This document shows positions 9,563-17,686 of a DNA stretch of 64,000 bases, one piece after another. The stretch is from Sedimentisphaerales bacterium (GTDB lineage Bacteria; Planctomycetota; Phycisphaerae; Sedimentisphaerales; Anaerobacaceae). The stretch covers positions 4,692-68,691 of the forward strand of contig JAFGDN010000026.1 of assembly GCA_016932095.1 (NCBI GenBank), written 5' to 3'. The position numbers were made by a program, and so were the translations under genes. The notes under the pieces were generated by a model. It had not been told where the DNA came from, made no database searches, and saw only the letters and a list, made by a program, of their open reading frames with translations. Every line of letters starts with the position of its first letter. Positions within the stretch are counted from its first letter, which is position 1.

Positions 9563-10189
9563 TTATACTTCTATTCCCTGTTTCAATCTGTAAACCAACG
9601 GCACCAATTCTTCCGCTGACTTGATATCCGTGTGTCTCCTGCACGCAAGCTCAATTAATTCTATCGCCTCGTTTCGTTTTTCGCCCCAGGCAATCAGGAT
9701 TTCAAGCGCCTCCGCCTGATACGCCCGAAACGCTCGGCTGGCCTCCGCCTGCTCGACGCCGATTGCAAAACCGCCTAACTTGCCTTTCAATTCTGCGATA
9801 ATCTGCTGGGCCGTTCTTTTGCCTATTCCGTCCAGTGCCGAAAGCATCTTGTCGTCGCCCGTTTCAATTGCCGAGGCGATATTGGCTATCGGCATACTCA
9901 GCGAGCGAAGCGCCTTTCGTATCCCGATGCCCTTGACGCTCGTGAATTTCTTGAAGAACTCCCTTTCGCCCTCGCTTAAAAACCCTACGATTCTCGGCAC
10001 CAGGTTCCCGCCGCCTAATGACCCCTCGTAATACTCCATCGTGCAAAAAGTAACAGTCGCCCCGATACTGCCTGCCAGCGCGCTTATGCAGTATCCCGGC
10101 AGCATCACCTCGTACACGACCGCTCCGACCTGCACTAATGCGCTTTCGGTATCCAGCTTAACAAGTTTTCCTTCTAATCGTGCAATCAT
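9563..10189 (-). CDS. ruvA: Holliday junction DNA helicase RuvA
   Basis: MIARLEGKL N-terminus, HhH motifs (VKGIGIRKA, LDGIGKRTA), 208 aa, located between ruvC and ruvB. Confidence 0.9.
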   Translation of the reverse strand: MIARLEGKLVKLDTESALVQVGAVVYEVMLPGYCISALAGSIGATVTFCTMEYYEGSLGGGNLVPRIVGFLSEGEREFFKKFTSVKGIGIRKALRSLSMPIANIASAIETGDDKMLSALDGIGKRTAQQIIAELKGKLGGFAIGVEQAEASRAFRAYQAEALEILIAWGEKRNEAIELIELACRRHTDIKSAEELVPLVYRLKQGIEV

Positions 10190-10198
10190 AATAAATAT

Positions 10199-10696
10199 TT
10201 AGCCCCGGCCCCGCGTGGCCGGAGTTCTCATCGTTTCCGCGCAGCACAAAGCCGCAGCCACTGCGTCCGCCACGTCCGCCGGCTTGGGTAATTGCCGTAA
10301 ATTCAAAAGCGTTTGTATCGTCTTCTGCACCTGCTCTTTCGATGCGTGGCCGTTACCCGTAATACATTTTTTTATCCGCGTCGCGCCGAAACTTTTGACC
10401 TCGATACTCGCCTCGGCGCATCTTTGCAATATAACGCCTCTGGCGTGCCCCATCAATATCGCCGTCCTCGGGTGGGTGTAATGCGAATACAGTTGCTCCA
10501 CCGCCACGACCTCCGGCTTGAATCTCTCCAGCAATTCGTCAATATCCTCAGCTATCTGCTTCAATCTTGCCTCAATCGCCTTGCTTCCGGTCGTCCGTAA
10601 AACTCCTGCCTCTTGTAGGATGGGCTTCAGCCCATCATTTTCCATACACGCATACCCGCAAACCTGCAACCCCGGGTCTATGCCCAGAATTCTCAT
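10199..10696 (-). CDS. ruvC: Crossover junction endodeoxyribonuclease RuvC
   Basis: The MRILGIDPG start overlaps the cysS stop as ATGA. VAVEQLY and the C-terminal DAADAVA-like block are present. Confidence 0.9.
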   Translation of the reverse strand: MRILGIDPGLQVCGYACMENDGLKPILQEAGVLRTTGSKAIEARLKQIAEDIDELLERFKPEVVAVEQLYSHYTHPRTAILMGHARGVILQRCAEASIEVKSFGATRIKKCITGNGHASKEQVQKTIQTLLNLRQLPKPADVADAVAAALCCAETMRTPATRGRG

Positions 10697-12204
10697 TTCA
10701 ATCTCCAAGTAGTAATTCCACCTGGTTTGTCTTCCAGAATTATTCCCAACGCATCGAGTTTCATTCGTATCACATCACTTGCAACAAAATCCATTTTTGC
10801 TCTCGCAGCAGAACGTTGCTCAATCAAAGTTTTTATTAAATCACTTATCATTCCGGTATCTATGACATCTTTGCCATAATCCTTTTTTATAATTCCAAGA
10901 CATTCGCCTCCAAGCTGAGAAAATTTTTCATTTATCGCCATAAGTGTATTCTTATCAAGAGTGGGATCGATAAGTGTGGCTTTAGTAATATCCACAAGAT
11001 GGAAAATAACAGAAAGAGCAACCGATGTATTAAGGTCATCGTTCATCGCCGACTCGAATTTTTCCGTAATATTTTTCAAATTATCATTTACTTCTTTTTG
11101 AGAATTAGTGCTAGTTTGCGTTTGAGCTCCACTTTCGATTCTTTCAATTCTTTTACGCAATATTTTTACAATTTCCTTGATGCGGTCGTATCCGCTTTGC
11201 GCTGCGTGAAGGGCCTCATCCGAAAAATCGAGCGTGCTTCTGTAATGGCTGTTGAGAATCAGTTGCCGGACTGCAAGCGCATCATATTTCCTACTTAATC
11301 TTTCGTGCTTCGGCTCTGCCGAATCGGTAAAGACCTGCTTTAGCGTGATGAAGTTATTCAAGCTTTTGCCCATTTTCTGGCCATCGACTGTAACCATATT
11401 ATTGTGCAGCCAGTATTTTACGAATTGCACACCCCTCGCCGCCTCTGCCTGCGCGATTTCACATTCGTGGTGCGGGAACTGGTTTTCCATTCCGCCGCCG
11501 TGAATATCGAATGGCTGGCCCAAATATTTCGTGCTCATTACCGAGCATTCGAGATGCCAGCCGGGAAACCCCTGCCCCCACGGGCTTGGCCACTGCATAA
11601 TATGGTTGGTTTCCGCCTTCTTCCAAAGGGCGAAATCCGCCGGGTGTTTTTTCTCCGCCGATACCTCGACGCGTGCCCCTGCGAGCATATCCTCGACGTT
11701 TCTGCCCGATAGTTTCCCGTATTCGGCGAATTTCGAAACATCGAAATAAACCGAGCCGTTGACCTCGTAAGCAAAACCCTTTTCGATAAGCGTCTTGACT
11801 AATTCGATTTGCTCAACGATATGTCCGCTTGCCCGCGGGCTTATATCGGGCCTGACACAGTTTAGCTTATCCATATCCTCGAAGTAGCTGCGTGTATATA
11901 ATTCCGCTAATTCCATCGGGTGCTTATGCACCTTTGCCGCCGCCTTTGCGATTTTATCCTCGCCCTGGTCCGCGTCGTCGGTCAGGTGTCCCACGTCTGT
12001 GATGTTCTGAACGTATGTTACGTTATAACCCAGGTATCTCATATAGCGAACGAGAATATCAAAGCTGACGTAGCTTTTCGCGTGGCCAAGGTGAGCGTGC
12101 CCGTAAACCGTCGGCCCGCAAACGTATATCCCGACCCTGCCATCGCTGACTGGTTTGAATTCCTCTTTCTTTCGCGTCAAGCTGTTATAAAGTTGTAATC
12201 CCAT
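10693..12204 (-). CDS. cysS: Cysteine--tRNA ligase
   Basis: HIGH-type motif (GHAHLGHA) and KMSKS-type motif (KMGKSLNN); 503 aa. Confidence 0.95.
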   Translation of the reverse strand: MGLQLYNSLTRKKEEFKPVSDGRVGIYVCGPTVYGHAHLGHAKSYVSFDILVRYMRYLGYNVTYVQNITDVGHLTDDADQGEDKIAKAAAKVHKHPMELAELYTRSYFEDMDKLNCVRPDISPRASGHIVEQIELVKTLIEKGFAYEVNGSVYFDVSKFAEYGKLSGRNVEDMLAGARVEVSAEKKHPADFALWKKAETNHIMQWPSPWGQGFPGWHLECSVMSTKYLGQPFDIHGGGMENQFPHHECEIAQAEAARGVQFVKYWLHNNMVTVDGQKMGKSLNNFITLKQVFTDSAEPKHERLSRKYDALAVRQLILNSHYRSTLDFSDEALHAAQSGYDRIKEIVKILRKRIERIESGAQTQTSTNSQKEVNDNLKNITEKFESAMNDDLNTSVALSVIFHLVDITKATLIDPTLDKNTLMAINEKFSQLGGECLGIIKKDYGKDVIDTGMISDLIKTLIEQRSAARAKMDFVASDVIRMKLDALGIILEDKPGGITTWRLK

Positions 12205-12207
12205 TCA

Positions 12208-12717
12208 TCATATCCTTCTAATTTTCTTTCTCAGCATTGCCACAGCCGTTACACCTATTGCTTCTCCCGTGCCGATTTCGCCTAAGCCGTTGTTCGTTTT
12301 TGCTTTTATATTTACCGCGTTAAAGTCGATACCCAGCAATCCTGCTATAATCCGCTTGATTTGTCCCTTGAACGGTTCCAGCCGGGGTTGCTCGGCGTGT
12401 ATTGTTACATCGACATTGATAACCTCCCATTTCTTTTCAGCCAGTTTTTCCTTAACCGTGAGCAAAAATCCCTTACTGTCGGCGTCTTTGTATTTCGGGT
12501 CGGTATCCGGGAAAAACGTTCCGATATCGCCCATACCGGCCGCCCCCAGTAGCGCATCGCAAACAGCGTGCAAAACCGCGTCGCCGTCGCTGTGCCCCAG
12601 TAATCCCATAGGAAAAGGCACCTGCACCCCGCCAAGCATCAGTTTTCTTCCCTCAGCGAGACGGTGAATGTCCGTTCCGATGCCTACCCGAAACTCAATT
12701 GGTTCTTCCTCAATCAC
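12208..12717 (-). CDS. ispF: 2-C-methyl-D-erythritol 2,4-cyclodiphosphate synthase
   Basis: IGTDIHRL, GHSDGDAVLHA and the C-terminal core are present. The start overlaps the hisB stop by 4 nt. Confidence 0.95.
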   Translation of the reverse strand: MIEEEPIEFRVGIGTDIHRLAEGRKLMLGGVQVPFPMGLLGHSDGDAVLHAVCDALLGAAGMGDIGTFFPDTDPKYKDADSKGFLLTVKEKLAEKKWEVINVDVTIHAEQPRLEPFKGQIKRIIAGLLGIDFNAVNIKAKTNNGLGEIGTGEAIGVTAVAMLRKKIRRI

Positions 12718-13298
12718 AGCGTTCCCTTTGTGCTGGGAATGTCTTTACTCACGATTTTTACCGCTGAGCCAAGCGCCTGGCCCACTGCTTTGAATACGGC
12801 CTCCGCTATATGATGGCTGTTCGTCCCGTATGGCACGTTTATATGCAGGTTGAATTTGCCCGCGTTTGAAAAACTCCTCAGCATTTCCTCAAGGCATTGA
12901 ACGTCGAAATCGCTTATTTTATCGGTGCGGTATTCGACGTTATAAACGCAGCTTGGCCTGCCCGACAGGTCAATCGACACGTTTGCCAGCGCATCCTCCA
13001 TCGGCACTGAGCTGTTGCCGTATCTGTTTATGCCCTTTTTGTCGCCTAATGCCTCATCCAGACACCCGCCTAAACACAACCCTATATCCTCGACGGTATG
13101 ATGGCTGTCAACATTCAAGTCGCCTTTGGCCTTAATGACCGTATCGATTCTGCTGTGCTTGCTGAGGTGGCTGAGCATATGGTCTAAAAAGCCGATTCCC
13201 GAATCGATTTCGTATTTGCCCTCGCCGTCGAGGTTCAGCTCGATTGTAATATCGGTTTCCTTTGTCTTCCTGTGCGTTTTTGCCGTTCGCTTTTTCAT
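12714..13298 (-). CDS. hisB: Imidazoleglycerol-phosphate dehydratase
   Basis: RKTKETDI, DSHHTVEDIGL and NSHHIAEAVFKA motifs; 194 aa. Confidence 0.95.
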   Translation of the reverse strand: MKKRTAKTHRKTKETDITIELNLDGEGKYEIDSGIGFLDHMLSHLSKHSRIDTVIKAKGDLNVDSHHTVEDIGLCLGGCLDEALGDKKGINRYGNSSVPMEDALANVSIDLSGRPSCVYNVEYRTDKISDFDVQCLEEMLRSFSNAGKFNLHINVPYGTNSHHIAEAVFKAVGQALGSAVKIVSKDIPSTKGTL

Positions 13299-13397
13299 AC
13301 GGTATCCTTTCCAGCTTCATCGCATCGAGTGTGTTGCTGTATCAATGCCCGATAGGCGTTTGCGTATAACCGGGTTCTATCTGAAATTATGAACAAG

Positions 13398-13472
13398 GGT
13401 GAGAGAAGGGATTCGAACCCTCGACCCTCGGAACCACAATCCGATGCTCTATCCAACTGAGCTACTCTCACC
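13398..13472 (-). tRNA. tRNA-His (anticodon GTG)
   Basis: Minus-strand read: G-1 GTGAGAG TA GCTC AGTTGGAT AGAGC A TCGGA TTGTGGT TCCGA GGGTC GAGGG TTCGAAT CCCTT CTCTCAC C. The cloverleaf folds by hand. The encoded extra G(-1) and C73 discriminator are hallmarks of bacterial tRNA-His. CCA is not encoded. Confidence 0.85.
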
Positions 13473-13485
13473 GGCACGATTGTGT

Positions 13486-13514
13486 ATTTTATATTGATTA
13501 TTGATTATTTGCAA
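13486..13514 (-). promoter_or_regulatory. Sigma70-like promoter for tRNA-His (TTGCAA-N17-TAAAAT)
   Basis: On the minus strand: TTGCAA (13514-13509), a 17-nt spacer, TAAAAT (13491-13486). The -10 lies about 13 nt upstream of the tRNA 5' end. Confidence 0.35.
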
Positions 13515-13658
13515 TTGACAATCTCAGCCCGTTGTCTATCCGGTGAGCCCGCCTTAACAAAGCTGGGCGCTCGGGGCGGTGGTTTTTCTACTGTTGTAGC
13601 CGTTTTCGGCGAGGGCGACGATGCTCAGTATAGTTTCCCTCCGCGATGAAAAACAGCG

Positions 13659-14705
13659 TTAGGCGGCGTCCATTTCTTTCAATGCCGACAGGAGCATATC
13701 ATTTTGCTGCGGAGTTCCCACGGATATCCTCAGCTTATTATCGATGCCCGTTAAATCCCAGTATCGCACATAAATATTTTGCTGCACTAACTTACTATAA
13801 ATGTCTTTGGCTTTAAGCGTCTTATGCTCGACGAAAATAAAATTGGAAGAGCTTTCCGGCATATCAAATCCCAGCCCCCTTAATTGTTCAGTCAGCCGGC
13901 TTCGCTCCTGTTTAACCATCTCGATATTCCGCTTGAAATACTCCCTGTCTTTGACTGCCGCGGTCGCGGCGGCGATTGATATCGCGTCGGCGTTGTATGA
14001 ATCCTTGACCTTGAGCAGACCATTTATCATTTCGGGCCTGGCAATCGCGTATCCGAATCGCAATCCCGCCAGCGAATATCCCTTGCTCAGCGAGCGAAGT
14101 ATGATGACGTTGTCGAACTGCCTGACTAATTCGACGCAGTTTCGCTCCGCGAAATCCACGTATGCCTCGTCAATCAGCAATACCCCTTTGACCTCCGCCG
14201 CCAGGGATGCCAGCTCCTCCGGCTGTATGAAAGTCCCGCTCGGCGCATTGGGATTGCAGACGATTGTCAAGGCCGACCGCGACCGCGCCAGCCGTGCCGG
14301 TAAATTGAACTCCTTGTCGAACGGGACCTCAACCGCCCTGCAATTCTGGATATTCGCCAAAACAGGGTAAAGCGAGTACGTCGGCACGGGATACGCCACC
14401 GGCCGCCTGCGGTCGCAAAAGGCGGTGAACGCCATTTTCAGCAGTTCGTCTCCGCCGTTACAGCACAGTATCCAGTCCGGCTCAACGCCGTTGATTTTCG
14501 CCGCCTCTTCGCGAAAGATATTTCCCATCGGGTCGGGGTATCGCCTCAACTGTTCCGGCTGAACCTCACGAATCGCCCTTAAAACCGCAGGCGAAGGCGG
14601 GTAGGGATTCTCATTGGTATTCAGCTTTATCACATCAATTGATTTCGGCTGAAAACCCGGCTCATAGACCTTTAGCTTTTCTATATTGTCTCGAAAATAG
14701 CTCAT
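13659..14705 (-). CDS. hisC: Histidinol-phosphate aminotransferase
   Basis: The PLP-lysine block LRSLSKGYSLAGLRFGY and the NTNENPYPPSP motif are present; 348 aa. Confidence 0.9.
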   Translation of the reverse strand: MSYFRDNIEKLKVYEPGFQPKSIDVIKLNTNENPYPPSPAVLRAIREVQPEQLRRYPDPMGNIFREEAAKINGVEPDWILCCNGGDELLKMAFTAFCDRRRPVAYPVPTYSLYPVLANIQNCRAVEVPFDKEFNLPARLARSRSALTIVCNPNAPSGTFIQPEELASLAAEVKGVLLIDEAYVDFAERNCVELVRQFDNVIILRSLSKGYSLAGLRFGYAIARPEMINGLLKVKDSYNADAISIAAATAAVKDREYFKRNIEMVKQERSRLTEQLRGLGFDMPESSSNFIFVEHKTLKAKDIYSKLVQQNIYVRYWDLTGIDNKLRISVGTPQQNDMLLSALKEMDAA

Positions 14706-14768
14706 TGGTTACTCCAGCCGCACAATTATATGCTTTCAGCGTAAAAACGAAAGACCTTGATGATTGTT

Positions 14769-14797
14769 TTGCAAATATTGCGTTATTACGCTATAAT
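14769..14797 (+). promoter_or_regulatory. Sigma70-like promoter (TTGCAA-N17-TATAAT) upstream of the phosphatase gene
   Basis: TTGCAA 14769-14774 and TATAAT 14792-14797 with an exact 17-nt spacer. The first ATG follows only 12 nt after the -10 box. Confidence 0.45.
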
Positions 14798-14809
14798 TTC
14801 CCGTAGATT

Positions 14810-16180
14810 ATGAAGATACGAATGGCTTCGCTTAAAAACGTCATACTTTGCCTCGTTTGCTTCAGCGTTAGCTGTGCAGGTGTTCAACGTGGGGGTCTGA
14901 AGCCCGATTACGTCAATCACAACGGTTCTGAAAAATTCCCTAAAAACGTCATAATCTTCATTGCCGACGGAGCCGGCTTCAATCATTTTAAGGCCGCCGA
15001 TTTCTATCAGTGCGGAAATAGTCCCTGCCAAGAATATGCTGATTTTCCTGTTCGCCTTGCGATGAGCACATACCAGCAGGGCGGTGATTATAATCCAAAT
15101 GCCGCCTGGGCCAAGTTCAATTACGTAAAACACGGCTATACCGATTCCGCCGCAGCCGCAACCGCTATGGCCACGGGCGTCAAAACTTACAACTATGCCC
15201 TTGGCGTTGACGTCAATCGAAATCCTGTCACGAACCTCGTCGAACGAGCCGAACAATTAGGCAAATCAACGGGCGTTATTACGAGCGTCCCATTCAGCCA
15301 CGCCACTCCCGCCGGCTTTGTCGCCCATAACACATCACGAAATAATTACACTCAAATCGCCGATGATATGGTCAACAAATCCGCAGCAGACGTTATTATG
15401 GGCTGCGGCCACCCGCTTTACGACAACGACGGCAAGCAACACATGTCCACTCGTTACAAGTATCTCGACTCTTCAAACTGGGTAAACCTGTTAAATGGCT
15501 CCGCTGGCGCAGACGCCGACGGCGACGGCTCACCCGACCCCTGGACGCTCATTCAGGCCCGTGCTCAATTTCAGGCCCTCGCCAAAGGCCCCGCGCCGAA
15601 ACGTCTTTTCGGCCTCGCGCGGGTTTTTGAAACGCTTCAGGAAAAGCGCTCACCCGACGCCAGGACGCCTTACGAATCTCCTTTCATTCAAACCGTGCCC
15701 ACGCTCGAAGAAATGACCCTCGCCGCTCTGAACGTTCTCGACGATAATCCCGCGGGTTTTTTCCTGATGATTGAAGGCGGAGCAGTTGACTGGGCCGCTC
15801 ACAATAACCACTCCGCCCGCGTTATCGAAGAAATGAACGACTTCAATCGAAGCGCTGAGGCCGTAATCAAGTGGGTCAAGCGCGAAAACGGTTGGAACGA
15901 GACGCTCGTTATTGTAACCGCCGACCACGAAACCGGCTATCTCACAGGCCCGGATGCAGGCGGCTCGCAGCGGAATGAGCTTGTAAATAACGGCCCGGGT
16001 AAAATGCCCTCGATGGAATGGAACTCCGGCTCGCATACCAACTCCCTCGTCCCATTTTACGCCAAAGGCAGCGGAGCGAAATACTTCAAAGACGCTGTCG
16101 ACGGCAACGACCCCGTCCACGGCCCATATATTGACAACACCGATATCGCAAACGTCATTTTCTCTCTATGGCGCGACTAA
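14810..16180 (+). CDS. Alkaline phosphatase (PhoA family), secreted
   Basis: Active-site serine block TDSAAAATAMATG, FIADGAG near the N-terminus, HETG/HT metal-ligand blocks, N-terminal signal sequence. The start could be ATG 14822. Confidence 0.85.
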   Translation: MKIRMASLKNVILCLVCFSVSCAGVQRGGLKPDYVNHNGSEKFPKNVIIFIADGAGFNHFKAADFYQCGNSPCQEYADFPVRLAMSTYQQGGDYNPNAAWAKFNYVKHGYTDSAAAATAMATGVKTYNYALGVDVNRNPVTNLVERAEQLGKSTGVITSVPFSHATPAGFVAHNTSRNNYTQIADDMVNKSAADVIMGCGHPLYDNDGKQHMSTRYKYLDSSNWVNLLNGSAGADADGDGSPDPWTLIQARAQFQALAKGPAPKRLFGLARVFETLQEKRSPDARTPYESPFIQTVPTLEEMTLAALNVLDDNPAGFFLMIEGGAVDWAAHNNHSARVIEEMNDFNRSAEAVIKWVKRENGWNETLVIVTADHETGYLTGPDAGGSQRNELVNNGPGKMPSMEWNSGSHTNSLVPFYAKGSGAKYFKDAVDGNDPVHGPYIDNTDIANVIFSLWRD

Positions 16181-16378
16181 TAACACACAACTAAATTCGC
16201 GTAATTGCGATTGAAGCCGGGCAACCCTCACTTAAAATCTCCGATTTTTAACTTGACTTTTTCCCTGTTGCCTGCTAACCTGATGATAACTTGCAAAGAA
16301 GGGGCAAGGAGGATGACTGTAGATTCCGTTTGGCTTTAGGTAAATGTTTTCTATTACAAAAGAGCAGGAGATACAGTT

Positions 16379-17566
16379 ATGAGAGACGGATACACATCAA
16401 TTCTCGTAATAGCAGCCATTCTATTGACCATCACTTCCTCCGCAAACGCCTATCGCCAAGTCATCGACCTTGGCCCGGGAATCGCTTACTCCATTAATGA
16501 TAGCGGCCAGGTTGTCGGATGTGACTATTATGACCAAACCTTACCTTATGATTATCAAGGGAACGCCATTTTTTTCGATTCGACCGGTAGCGGGGCCAAT
16601 ATAAATCTTGGAACTCTCGGCGGCTCTAAAAGTTGTGCCTGCTCTATTAATAATCATGGACAGATTGTCGGCAAGGCTGACGATAGCTCCTTTTATTCAG
16701 TTGCCTGTTTGTTTGACCCGACAGGCAACGGGGTAAATAAAAAAATCAACGAATACAGTTACGGTTCTTCAAGTGCTTCTTCAATCAATGATAAAGGTTA
16801 TGTTGTAGGGCATACAACCATAGAAATCAGAAATGGTCCTTACATTTTTAATAGTATCCACGCCAGTTATTTTACCCCGCCGTCGCATCCAGGGGGAAGT
16901 TATTATGCTTGCGACCTTGGCACTCTCGGAGGTGATGAAAGTTATGCTTATTCGAATAACAATTCCGGCCAAGTAGTTGGCTGGGCTTACACCACCAGCT
17001 TAGGATCTCGTTTCCATGCTTGTCTTTTTGACACGCCTCGAGGTGATAATAATATCGACCTCGGAACCCTTACCGGTGATTCTAGTATTGCTTATTCAAT
17101 AAATGATTACGGCTGGATTGTAGGCCAGGCCAGTGTGACGTCAAATAGTCTTATATATCTTGATCATGCCTGTCTTTTTGACCCAACAGGTGGTGGAGAC
17201 AATACTGATCTTGGAATTCTCGCTGGTTATGCAAATTCGGTTGCTTCTTTTATTAACAATAATAATCAGATAGTCGGCTGGGTAACTTCTTCTTTGTCTT
17301 CTTCTCCTTATTATAATCACGGGCAACGTGCTTGCCTTTTTGACCCATCGGGTAACGGCAATAATATTGATCTCAACAATCTGATAGTCCCTTTATCCGG
17401 CTGGGTATTAAATGAGGCGCGATGCATTAATAATAACGGCTGGATTGTAGGAACAGGCACTCTTAATGGCGAATCACACGCGTTTTTGCTTATTCCAGAG
17501 CCCGCCTCGGCCTTATTATTCGCCCTCGGCTCGTTTTTTATCGTTTCACGATGTAAAAGACGTTAA
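16379..17566 (+). CDS. HAF-family extracellular repeat protein with PEP-CTERM anchor
   Basis: About 6-7 repeats of the pattern ...(H)ACLFD(P/T)xGxxNxxDLGTLGGxxSxAxSINNxGQIVG... The repeats end in ESHAFLL. The C-terminal IPEPASALLFALGSFFIVSRCKRR has the PEP motif, a TM helix and a basic tail. The gene is A+T-rich. Confidence 0.7.
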   Translation: MRDGYTSILVIAAILLTITSSANAYRQVIDLGPGIAYSINDSGQVVGCDYYDQTLPYDYQGNAIFFDSTGSGANINLGTLGGSKSCACSINNHGQIVGKADDSSFYSVACLFDPTGNGVNKKINEYSYGSSSASSINDKGYVVGHTTIEIRNGPYIFNSIHASYFTPPSHPGGSYYACDLGTLGGDESYAYSNNNSGQVVGWAYTTSLGSRFHACLFDTPRGDNNIDLGTLTGDSSIAYSINDYGWIVGQASVTSNSLIYLDHACLFDPTGGGDNTDLGILAGYANSVASFINNNNQIVGWVTSSLSSSPYYNHGQRACLFDPSGNGNNIDLNNLIVPLSGWVLNEARCINNNGWIVGTGTLNGESHAFLLIPEPASALLFALGSFFIVSRCKRR

Positions 17567-17686
17567 CTCGCAGGTCTCACTTTTAGCTGTTTTCTCAATG
17601 GCGTGTTCCACTCGCGTTGTATTATTGCTTTTTAGCTAATTGTGCCGATATACCTGTATTGATTGACTTTATTTGGAGGAGTTCTT

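Noticed and set aside
13801-14370. 189-aa plus-strand ORF
   Set aside because: It is antisense to hisC, which carries the PLP-lysine motif.
16291-16497. 68-aa ORF upstream of and overlapping the HAF-repeat gene
   Set aside because: It is out of frame with the downstream gene and overlaps its start. It has no RBS and is Arg/Ser-rich.
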